Below are positions 47,896 through 56,509 of a stretch of 64,000 nt of DNA, in pieces. Positions within the stretch are counted from its first letter, which is position 1; each line of letters opens with the position of its first letter. Source of the stretch: an uncultured Bacteroidota bacterium (lineage in GTDB: Bacteria > Bacteroidota > Bacteroidia > Chitinophagales > Chitinophagaceae); assembly GCA_903906365.1 (NCBI GenBank), contig CAIVKC010000059.1, positions 5,430 to 69,429 on the forward strand. Direction: 5' to 3'. The notes below the pieces were generated by a model. That model saw only the letters and a list, made by a program, of their open reading frames with translations, was not told the DNA's origin and ran no database searches. The position numbers and the translations under genes were made by a program.

Positions 47896-48996
47896 ATGAT
47901 GGATCATTCCAGGATTTTGGAGCTCATGGCCAAAAAGGCCGGCCGCAGCGCTTCGCAGGAAGAGCTGAGGGAACTGGAATTATTGCTGACCCAATTCCCT
48001 GAATACGGCTTTTTTGCCGAGGTCCTGCACTCCCTCAAAGGCAGCCGCGACCATTTTGAGCGCAATATTCCGCGGGAAGAACTGGTAGATCATGGCTGGC
48101 AGCATCTCTCCGGCAAACTGAACCTGGCCTCCGGCCAGGAGCAGCCCGTATCACTCCATCCGCCCGCCAGGGTGGTCCGGGGATTTTTTGGCGTTCCGGC
48201 CCGCTGGGCCTCAGCGGCCATATTGATCGCCTTATTGGTCGGGGGGGCGCTGTATTTCAGGTCCACCTATACCCGCTCCATACCCAATCCGGAAAATAAG
48301 GTGGCAGAAGTCCATTATGGAAAGACATCCCAGCTGGTGCTGCCCGATGGCAGCAGGGTCTGGCTCAATGCCGGAAGCAGGCTGGTCTATCCCGGGCATT
48401 TTTCCCCCCTTCGCCGGGAGGTATCCCTGGAAGGGGAGGCCTTCTTTGAGGTAACCCATAATGCAAGTGTCCCTTTTTTGGTTCATGCCGGTAAGCTCAC
48501 CGTCCGGGTCCTGGGTACAAGGTTCAATGTGAAGGCCTATAAGGAGGATGCAGACATCGAAACCACCCTGATCAGCGGCAAGGTACAGGTCATGATCAAC
48601 GATGACCCGGATAAAAAAATCACCCTGTCCCCGCATGAAAAACTGACCGTTATCAATCCGCCGAAACAGGAATCATCCAGGCATTATAATCCGGCTGCCA
48701 TCAACGAACTCAAATACCAGGTGCAGGTGCTTCCTGCCACCACTACCAATAGCTTTACGGAGACCGCCTGGCTGGAAAACAAGCTGGTACTCAGTAATGA
48801 GGATTTTGAATCCGTAGCCAGGCTGCTGGAGCGCAAATACAACATACATGTATATTTTGAAAACAGCCGTTTGAAGCAGGAAAGGATCAGTGGTGTCTTT
48901 GAAAAGGAAAACATCCGGCAGGTACTCAGGATATTGAAGATGACGACCCGGTTTGACTACCGGTTGGAAGGAGACAACCAGGTATACCTTTATTAG
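47896..48996 (+). CDS. FecR-family anti-sigma factor / transmembrane sensor
   Basis: N-terminal anti-sigma region, a single TM (AAILIALLVGGALYF), FecR domain (LPDGSRVWLNAGSRL, FFEVTHN...PFLV), and a C-terminal DUF4974-like region. Confidence 0.9.
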   Translation: MMDHSRILELMAKKAGRSASQEELRELELLLTQFPEYGFFAEVLHSLKGSRDHFERNIPREELVDHGWQHLSGKLNLASGQEQPVSLHPPARVVRGFFGVPARWASAAILIALLVGGALYFRSTYTRSIPNPENKVAEVHYGKTSQLVLPDGSRVWLNAGSRLVYPGHFSPLRREVSLEGEAFFEVTHNASVPFLVHAGKLTVRVLGTRFNVKAYKEDADIETTLISGKVQVMINDDPDKKITLSPHEKLTVINPPKQESSRHYNPAAINELKYQVQVLPATTTNSFTETAWLENKLVLSNEDFESVARLLERKYNIHVYFENSRLKQERISGVFEKENIRQVLRILKMTTRFDYRLEGDNQVYLY

Positions 48997-49088
48997 CTTA
49001 ACCCGGACCGATTGTACATTATAACCAAAACCAAAACTTTTGCCAATGCCAAAACCAATTTATTCAGATTCATGAGCTTATAACAAAA

Positions 49089-49118
49089 AAAGAGAAGAGG
49101 TGGAACTCTTCCCTTTTT
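49089..49118. terminator. Hairpin flanked by an A-run and a T-run (likely terminator after fecR)
   Basis: AAAGAGAAGAG-GTGGAA-CTCTTCCCTTT forms an 11-bp stem with one mismatch, followed by TT. Confidence 0.45.
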
Positions 49119-49130
49119 GACGGATGATCA

Positions 49131-49166
49131 GGAACAGGCCTTCAGACCGGGCTGTTCCCATTTTTT
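49131..49166 (+). terminator. Terminator-like hairpin plus T-tract, ending 19 nt upstream of the susC-like start codon
   Basis: GGAACAG...CTGTTCC forms a 7-bp stem plus 2 inner pairs, then CA-TTTTTT. Confidence 0.4.
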
Positions 49167-49184
49167 AATAACCAAAACAAAAAT

Positions 49185-52100
49185 ATGAAGAAATCTAACA
49201 AGGCTAATGCCTCGAGGGCATTATTGCCTGCACTCAAATTTCTCCTGCTTATGAAAGTGAGTTTTGTCTTAATTCTGATTACTAGCCTTCAAGTCGCTGC
49301 GCGTGGTTATTCGCAGGAAAAATTCAGCCTGCACTTTAAGCAGGTGGAAGTTTCCAAAATCTTTGCGGCTATCCAGAAGGAGAGCCAATACAGGTTCTTC
49401 TATAACAACGGCTACCTCAGCGAGCTCGGTAAGGTGGACCTGGAGGTAACGGATGCCCCCCTGGCCTCGATACTCAACACGGTACTGGGCAAAAAGTTCA
49501 GCTACACCATCAACAGCCAGCTGATGGTAATTATTTCCCCGGCCGGCACCGAGGAGGGGGTCGCCCTGATGGCAGACACTTCCGATACGGATATAAAAGG
49601 TAAGATACTGGATGAGGCCGGTAAACCCCTGCGCGGGGTGACCGTCCGGCTGAAAGGCTCCAAAAAGACGGTAATCACCAATGATAACGGTGATTTCACC
49701 CTGCGGGCCTCCACCTCAGGCTCCCTGGTGGTGAGTTATGTGGGATACAAGGAACAGGAGGTTGCCCTGGGTGGACAGAAAACGGTCAGCATACGTTTGC
49801 AGCTCAATGCAACCGGACTGGCCGATGTGGTGGTAGTGGGTTATGGTACCCAAAAGAAACGCGATGTGACTGGAAGCATCTCCACGGTAAAGGGAGATGA
49901 TTTCAAGAACCTCCCCGTCAGTAATGCAGCCGATGCATTGCAGGGTAGGGCCACCGGTGTGGACATCATCCGTGATGACGGTTCACCCGGAAGTGTGCCG
50001 GCCATCCGAATCAGGGGTACGGGCACCATCAATAATTCTGATCCCCTCATCGTCATCGACGGTGTTCCCGCAGGCGGGCTCAATGACGTCAACCCCAATG
50101 ACATCGCTTCGGTGGAAATACTCAAAGACGCCTCCTCTTCGGCCATTTATGGTTCCCGTGCGGCCAACGGGGTGGTACTGATCACCACCAAAAAAGGCAA
50201 TTTCGGTGAACAGATGAAGACTTCGCTGAACCTGTATACAGGCTCCAACACGGCGGTCAAATACATCAATATGCTCACTGCCCCGGACCTGGTCACCCTC
50301 AAAAAAGAGGCTTATACCAATGACGGGTTGCCTGTACCCAATTTATGGAACGACCCCAATTATGCGACACAACGCACCGACTGGCAGCGTGCGCTGCTGG
50401 GGACAGGCAAGGTCAATAATGCGGATGTAGCCGTGCGGGGTGGCAATGCCAATTCCACCTATTCATTTTCCGGGAACTTCTACAATGAACAGGGAATGAT
50501 CGTCAATTCCTTTTTCAAGCGATATAATTTCCGCATCAATTCCGAACATAAGATAGGCAGCCGGCTGCGGCTGGGTGAAAATGTCGTGTACTCCAACACA
50601 AACGGGAGCGCACCGGACACCAAATCCACCCAAACCGGACTGGTCTGGAGCGCCATCCGCTTCAATCCTGCAATACCGGTCATCAATCCCGACGGAAGCT
50701 GGGGCACCTCCCAGGCGGATAACCAGCTGGGGGACATCAACAATCCCATTGCCACCGCCCACGAACAGACCGGCCATACCAGGCTGGACAGGATCCTGGC
50801 CAACGGATTTGCAGAACTGGAGATCATCAAGGGTTTGAAACTGAGGGCCAACTATGGATTTGACCAGACCACCAGTGAAGGTTTTTCCTTTAATAACGCG
50901 ACGCCCAACCAGACCCGCGGACCCTCTATCTCCAGCCTGTCCCAGAGCTTTTCCCGGTCCAAGTCATTTTTGGAGGAATATTACCTGACCTATAATAAAG
51001 TATTCGGAGGGGTGCATTCCCTGAACCTGACGGCCGGATATTCAGCCCAGACATTTAACGGCAATTATTTCGGGGCTTCCAGGTCCGGATTTCCGGATAC
51101 CAGTTATGACCAGCGGGTACTCAACCTGGGCAACTCCTCTTCGGTGGGTAACTACGGACAAAACTCCCCTTCAGCCGGCCTGCAGTCTTCTTTTATCCGC
51201 GCCAACTATGCCTATCAGGGAAAATACCTGCTGACCGCCACCATGCGTGCGGACGGATCCAGCAAATTTGAGCGCGGTAAGCGTTGGGGTTATTTTCCGG
51301 CCTTTTCTGCCGGATGGAGGGTCTCCGATGAATCCTTTTTCCCCAAGGACCTGAAAGCCATCAACTCCCTGAAAATCACAGGGGGATGGGGACAGCTGGG
51401 TAACCAGAATGTGGGCGATTTCCAGTACCTGAGTATCATCTCCTATGGCGGCGGCGGCTATTCCTATAACCTGGGAACGGGCACCGTTAACCAGAATGGT
51501 TCTTACATCACCAGCCTGGCTAACCCCAACATTACCTGGGAAAGGGCCGTGATGACCAATGTCAGCGCCGAATTGTCCACCCTGTCCAATCACCTGACAG
51601 CCGTATTTACCTATTTCAATAAGAATACATCCGATATGCTGATTCCTTTCCAGCTGGTGGAAACCTTTGGCGCGCAGAACAACCTGCCCGATGACCCGGG
51701 CAATGTCACACTGCCTGACCAGAACATCGGGACCCTGAACAACCATGGATTGGAAATAGAATTGAATTACCAGAATACCGTCGGAAAGCTGGCTTATTCC
51801 TTTGGCGTCAACGGTTCGTTCCTCCACAACAAGATCACCCGTTTGTACGGGACCAAGACCTACCTGGCTTCCACACCCTACGGCAGGGAGAATACGGATA
51901 TTTCCAGGACCTATGAAGGCCAGCCCATCGCTTCTTTTTACGGTTTCAAAACAGCCGGCCTTTATCAGTCCCAAAGTGAAATTGACAACGACCCCAATAT
52001 TGCCAGCGATCCCAATAAGGCCAATATCAAACCAGGGGATGTCAAATTTGTGGACCTGACCGGGCCCAACGGTAAAAAAGATGGCGTTATCGACGATAAC

Positions 52101-52625
52101 GACCGTACCCGTCTGGGTGACCCCAATCCAAAATTCGTGTATGGTTTCCACGGTTCGGTGTCCTTCATGAAATTCGATTTTAGTTTCAACTTTGCGGGCG
52201 CCGCCGGATTCCAGCTTTACAATGCTGACCGACTTTCCGGACTCGACGCCTCCCAGGTCTTTAACTGGTACGCCGAACAAAACGGAAGATGGCACGGACA
52301 GGGAACTTCCAACAATGTGCCCCGTCTGTCGGTGACCAACCTGAACAACAACTACCGGTCTTCAGACAAATGGGTGCAGAACGGATCCTATCTTTCCCTG
52401 AAGAGCATTGCCCTGGGTTATACGGTGTCCAAAGTGCATATCAGTGATTATCAGCTGCCTGATATCAGGATCTATGTTAGTTCATACAATCTGTTCACTC
52501 TTACAAAATACACTGGTTACACCCCGGAACTCGGGTATACTAACGGGAACCTGCAACGCGGCGTTGATGTGGCCCAATACCCCCAGGCAAGGAATTTTAC
52601 CATCGGTGCAACAGTTAATTTTTAA
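49185..52625 (+). CDS. SusC/RagA-family TonB-dependent outer membrane transducer (STN domain, carboxypeptidase-regulatory-like domain, plug and barrel)
   Basis: N-terminal STN-like signalling domain (FSLHFKQVEVSKIFAAIQKESQYRFFY). The TonB-box/plug region DVVVVGYGTQKKRDVTGSIS is typical of SusC. C-terminal ...NFTIGATVNF. Confidence 0.95.
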   Translation: MKKSNKANASRALLPALKFLLLMKVSFVLILITSLQVAARGYSQEKFSLHFKQVEVSKIFAAIQKESQYRFFYNNGYLSELGKVDLEVTDAPLASILNTVLGKKFSYTINSQLMVIISPAGTEEGVALMADTSDTDIKGKILDEAGKPLRGVTVRLKGSKKTVITNDNGDFTLRASTSGSLVVSYVGYKEQEVALGGQKTVSIRLQLNATGLADVVVVGYGTQKKRDVTGSISTVKGDDFKNLPVSNAADALQGRATGVDIIRDDGSPGSVPAIRIRGTGTINNSDPLIVIDGVPAGGLNDVNPNDIASVEILKDASSSAIYGSRAANGVVLITTKKGNFGEQMKTSLNLYTGSNTAVKYINMLTAPDLVTLKKEAYTNDGLPVPNLWNDPNYATQRTDWQRALLGTGKVNNADVAVRGGNANSTYSFSGNFYNEQGMIVNSFFKRYNFRINSEHKIGSRLRLGENVVYSNTNGSAPDTKSTQTGLVWSAIRFNPAIPVINPDGSWGTSQADNQLGDINNPIATAHEQTGHTRLDRILANGFAELEIIKGLKLRANYGFDQTTSEGFSFNNATPNQTRGPSISSLSQSFSRSKSFLEEYYLTYNKVFGGVHSLNLTAGYSAQTFNGNYFGASRSGFPDTSYDQRVLNLGNSSSVGNYGQNSPSAGLQSSFIRANYAYQGKYLLTATMRADGSSKFERGKRWGYFPAFSAGWRVSDESFFPKDLKAINSLKITGGWGQLGNQNVGDFQYLSIISYGGGGYSYNLGTGTVNQNGSYITSLANPNITWERAVMTNVSAELSTLSNHLTAVFTYFNKNTSDMLIPFQLVETFGAQNNLPDDPGNVTLPDQNIGTLNNHGLEIELNYQNTVGKLAYSFGVNGSFLHNKITRLYGTKTYLASTPYGRENTDISRTYEGQPIASFYGFKTAGLYQSQSEIDNDPNIASDPNKANIKPGDVKFVDLTGPNGKKDGVIDDNDRTRLGDPNPKFVYGFHGSVSFMKFDFSFNFAGAAGFQLYNADRLSGLDASQVFNWYAEQNGRWHGQGTSNNVPRLSVTNLNNNYRSSDKWVQNGSYLSLKSIALGYTVSKVHISDYQLPDIRIYVSSYNLFTLTKYTGYTPELGYTNGNLQRGVDVAQYPQARNFTIGATVNF

Positions 52626-52634
52626 TCTGAAAAC

Positions 52635-54212
52635 ATGAATTACATGAAAAACAGAAAATATATAATCTTTTTCCTTCTAAGTGTGGTGATCGCACTGGTG
52701 ATTGCGGGGTGCATCAAAAAGCCACTCGACCAGACACCTACGGGCCAATATACGACTGCCAACTATTGGCGAAACCAAAATGATGTACTGGCCGGCATCA
52801 ATGGCATTTACAGTATCCTCTTTACGGAAGACTGGGTTGGCCATGATCTCTATATTTATGATGACCAGTCCGATGATATTTGCGTAGACGGTGACCATCC
52901 TGATTTCAAGGCCATTGAAAGATTCAATGCGGATGCCACCCTGCAGTGCATTTATTTTACCTGGCCGTTTGCCTATGAGCAGATTGCAAGGGCCAATAAT
53001 GCCATCATTTATATTCCCAAAGTACCCATAATGGATGATGCCATACGCAAGCGGTCCCTGGGTGAGGCCTACTTTCTCAGGGCGCATGCCTATTTCATTC
53101 TCAGCCAGATTTACGGTGAAGTGCCCCTGATCCAGGAAAGCAATGTGCTCACCGGAAATTACAATATCCCCAAATCCTCGGTTGATTCCGTCAGGGGCCT
53201 GGTGGAATCCGACCTGCTGAAGGCGGCAGACCTGCTGCCCGAGACCTATGGGGATGCCGACAGGGGCAGGGTAAGCAAAGGCGCTGCCTGGGGCATGCTC
53301 TGCAAACTCTATATGTTTGAGGACAATTTTGCCAAGGCCATACAATATGGCAGCAATGTGATCAATGATCCCAATTATGCGCTGGCTCCCAACTACACCG
53401 ATAATTTCACCGTCGGCAAACAGGAAAGCAATTCAGAAATACTCTTTGCCGTGTGGAACAAGAACCAGGAAATAGCCAATGTGCCTGCTTCTTCCATCAG
53501 TATTTATTTTTCTCCCAGGCCATGGCAGGGATGGGGTTTCCATCACCCCACCCAGAATTTTGCCGATGAATTTGAGCCGGGAGATTCCATCCGCAAACGC
53601 GCTACCCTTATTTCTGTGGGAGATTCCATCCCCAATAATACCAATATGGTGACCATTGGCACATCGGACGCCTACCAGGATTTTACCGGTAAGGTTGGAC
53701 AGAATACAGGGCGCCTGCTGCCTTCCATGACCACTACGGGGTATTATATCCGCAAATACACGGCCTTTATGCCAAATGGCGACGGCGGACTTGATTTTGA
53801 CCTCAAGCAACCCCTGCTGCGCTCATCTGATGTTTACCTGATGGTGGCAGAAGCCAAGATTCGCCAGAACGGACCCGGCAGCGGGGATGTTGAAATCAAT
53901 GCGGTCCGCCTGCGGGCAGGTCTGCTTCCGGTCTCCGGCGCAGCCATGCCCCAGCTCATTCATGAGCGCCGGGTGGAACTGGCCGGTGAAAATGTAAGGT
54001 GGCAGGATCTGCTTCGCTGGGACAAGGATAAACTGGTCAACCTGGATACCATTGTCAGCAAGCCCAAGGCAGCCTCCACCCTGGCCCCTTATAACGGCGC
54101 GGTGGTCATTCCGGCAAGAACCTTCACCAGACCCAAAGATTATTACATGCCCATTCCCCAGGAAATCATTGATGAGAGTAAGGGGGTGATCAAACAAAAC
54201 CCGAATTATTAG
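52635..54212 (+). CDS. SusD/RagB-family nutrient-binding outer membrane lipoprotein
   Basis: Lipobox VIAGC. SusD-like TPR core (RAHAYFILSQIYGEVPL, ERRVELAGENVRWQDLLRW). The gene starts 9 nt after susC. Confidence 0.93.
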   Translation: MNYMKNRKYIIFFLLSVVIALVIAGCIKKPLDQTPTGQYTTANYWRNQNDVLAGINGIYSILFTEDWVGHDLYIYDDQSDDICVDGDHPDFKAIERFNADATLQCIYFTWPFAYEQIARANNAIIYIPKVPIMDDAIRKRSLGEAYFLRAHAYFILSQIYGEVPLIQESNVLTGNYNIPKSSVDSVRGLVESDLLKAADLLPETYGDADRGRVSKGAAWGMLCKLYMFEDNFAKAIQYGSNVINDPNYALAPNYTDNFTVGKQESNSEILFAVWNKNQEIANVPASSISIYFSPRPWQGWGFHHPTQNFADEFEPGDSIRKRATLISVGDSIPNNTNMVTIGTSDAYQDFTGKVGQNTGRLLPSMTTTGYYIRKYTAFMPNGDGGLDFDLKQPLLRSSDVYLMVAEAKIRQNGPGSGDVEINAVRLRAGLLPVSGAAMPQLIHERRVELAGENVRWQDLLRWDKDKLVNLDTIVSKPKAASTLAPYNGAVVIPARTFTRPKDYYMPIPQEIIDESKGVIKQNPNY

Positions 54213-54255
54213 GGCCTGAAAAATTGTTTGTAAAATATGTTAAGGTAATAAGAGA

Positions 54256-54294
54256 AGACCTGTAAAGCACTCCTGTTTTACAGGTCTCTTTTTT
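54256..54294 (+). terminator. Rho-independent terminator after the susD-like gene
   Basis: AGACCTGTAAA ... TTTACAGGTCT forms an 11-bp stem followed by CTTTTTT. Confidence 0.8.
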
Positions 54295-54307
54295 AAATAC
54301 AACCGAT

Positions 54308-56509
54308 ATGAATATAGCCAGATCCTTCGGGATGCTTCTATTACTGGCCTTGTCCAATGGCCTTCAGGCCCAGATGAATCGGGAAGCGGTGGGGGCCTTT
54401 ATCCGCAGGATTGTGCAGGACAGGGCCGGGGATTTCCAAATAGCCTATATTGGGCCTGTTCGTGGAAAGGATGTCTTTGAACTGGAGAGCAGCCATGGAA
54501 AAATCCTGCTGAAAGGCTCCAATGGCCTGAGCGTCGCCTCTGCCCTGAATTACTACCTCACCCGCTACTGCCATTGCCAGATCACCTCCAACGGGATCCA
54601 TTTGCAACTGCCCGGGGCCCTTCCCGTCATTACCGGAAAGATCCGAAAGGAAACACCCTACCAATACCGTTATTACCTGAATTATTGCACTTTTAATTAT
54701 ACCATGTCATGGTGGAACTGGGATCGCTGGCAAAAGGAAATTGACTGGATGGCGCTTCAGGGTATTAATATGCCCCTGGCAGTAACGGGCGAAGAGGCCA
54801 TCTGGCAGAAGATATACCGGGACAAGGGCTTTGACGAAAAGGACCTCGGCAGGTTCTTTTGCGGCCCGGCTTATTTTTCCTGGTTCTGGATGGGTAATCT
54901 CGATGGCTGGGGCGGCCCGCTGCCGCAGCACTGGATCGACTCGCACAAAGCGCTCCAATTGCAGATACTGGCTGCTGAAAGAGCCATGGGCATGACGCCG
55001 GTCCTGCCCGCATTTACCGGGCATGTGCCGGCTTCGTTCCGGGAAAAATTCCCCAATGCCAGGGTAAAAAAAGTAAACTGGGGGGCCGGCTTTGACGATG
55101 TATACATACTGGATCCTTCCGATCCGATGTTTGTCATCCTGGGCAGGGAGTTCCTGCAGGCCCAGACCAGGGAATATGGCAGCGATCACCTTTATTCTGC
55201 CGATACCTTCAATGAAAACCTGCCACCTACCAACGACACGACATATCTCCATGACGTAAGCAGGAAGGTATTTGAGTCCATGGCATCCGCCGATCCCAAA
55301 GCCATCTGGGTGATGCAGGGTTGGATGTTCCATTACCAGTCGGATTTCTGGCAGCCCGCCCAGATCAGGGCGCTTCTCCATGCAGTGCCCGATGACCACA
55401 TGATCATCCTGGATCTGTATTCGGAAAGCCATCCCCTTTGGAAAACCACGCAGGCCTATTACGGCAAACCATGGATATGGTGCATGCTGCATAATTTTGG
55501 CGGTAATGTCAGCCTGTGGGGAAGGATGGACCAGGCCGCCGCCGACCCGGCAGCAGCCCTGCATGACAGTGCCTCGGGCAAAATGGCTGGCATCGGCCTG
55601 ACTCCGGAAGGCATCGAAAACAATCCTGCCCTCTACCAGCTCATGACCGAAAATATCTGGAACGACCAGCCTATTGCGCTTGCGGAATGGCTGCACCGCT
55701 ATGCCTGGCAGCGTTATGGGATGGAAAACCCCGGCATGGATACAGCCTGGCGTATCCTGGCTTTCACCGTGTATCAGGGCGGACTGGGGGAGGGGGGCCC
55801 TGAATCGATCATCGTATCCAGGCCCACTACCCAGGTATGGGGCGACCGGGTGCGCACCAAACTCGACTACCGCCCCTCCGACCTGCTGGGTGCCTGGACC
55901 CTTTTTGTAAAGGCCGTTCCCCAACTAAAGGAAAGTGACGGGTTCCGCTATGACCTGACGGATATCACCCGGCAGGTGCTGGCCAATTACGCCACACCCC
56001 TGCAGCAGCAATGGGTGCTGGCCTATCTGCAGCACGACACGGCCGCCTTTGATGACTATACGGCCCGTTTCATAGGCCTTATGGATGATATGGACAGGCT
56101 GCTGGCAACCCGCAGGGATTTTCTGCTGGGCAGATGGATCGCTGATGCCCGCTCCTGCGGGTTGGAACCCATCGAAAAGGACCTCTACGAATTCAATGCC
56201 CGCGACCTGATTACCCTCTGGGGTAATAAGGACAGCGAACTCCATGAATATGCCAACCGCCAGTGGGCAGGGCTGATCAGCGGATTTTACAAACCCAGGT
56301 GGCAGCAGTACTTTGTATACCTGCGCGCCAAGATGATCTCCGGATCCAGGATGGAAACCACGGACTTTGACAACGCGATCAAGGCCTGGGAATGGCGCTG
56401 GGTAAACAGCCGCGAAACCTACCCCAGCGAACCAGACGGAAACCTCTTTGAAATAGTAGATCAACTCTATAAAAAATATGCCCCACAGATTCAGTCACCA
56501 AGCCGGTAA
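54308..56509 (+). CDS. Alpha-N-acetylglucosaminidase (GH89, NAGLU-like), secreted
   Basis: Long collinear blocks with human NAGLU as I recall it: YRYYLNYCTFNYTMSWWNWDRWQKEIDWMALQGIN, MTPVLPAFTGHVP, ADTFNE, WCMLHNFGGN. Confidence 0.93.
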   Translation: MNIARSFGMLLLLALSNGLQAQMNREAVGAFIRRIVQDRAGDFQIAYIGPVRGKDVFELESSHGKILLKGSNGLSVASALNYYLTRYCHCQITSNGIHLQLPGALPVITGKIRKETPYQYRYYLNYCTFNYTMSWWNWDRWQKEIDWMALQGINMPLAVTGEEAIWQKIYRDKGFDEKDLGRFFCGPAYFSWFWMGNLDGWGGPLPQHWIDSHKALQLQILAAERAMGMTPVLPAFTGHVPASFREKFPNARVKKVNWGAGFDDVYILDPSDPMFVILGREFLQAQTREYGSDHLYSADTFNENLPPTNDTTYLHDVSRKVFESMASADPKAIWVMQGWMFHYQSDFWQPAQIRALLHAVPDDHMIILDLYSESHPLWKTTQAYYGKPWIWCMLHNFGGNVSLWGRMDQAAADPAAALHDSASGKMAGIGLTPEGIENNPALYQLMTENIWNDQPIALAEWLHRYAWQRYGMENPGMDTAWRILAFTVYQGGLGEGGPESIIVSRPTTQVWGDRVRTKLDYRPSDLLGAWTLFVKAVPQLKESDGFRYDLTDITRQVLANYATPLQQQWVLAYLQHDTAAFDDYTARFIGLMDDMDRLLATRRDFLLGRWIADARSCGLEPIEKDLYEFNARDLITLWGNKDSELHEYANRQWAGLISGFYKPRWQQYFVYLRAKMISGSRMETTDFDNAIKAWEWRWVNSRETYPSEPDGNLFEIVDQLYKKYAPQIQSPSR

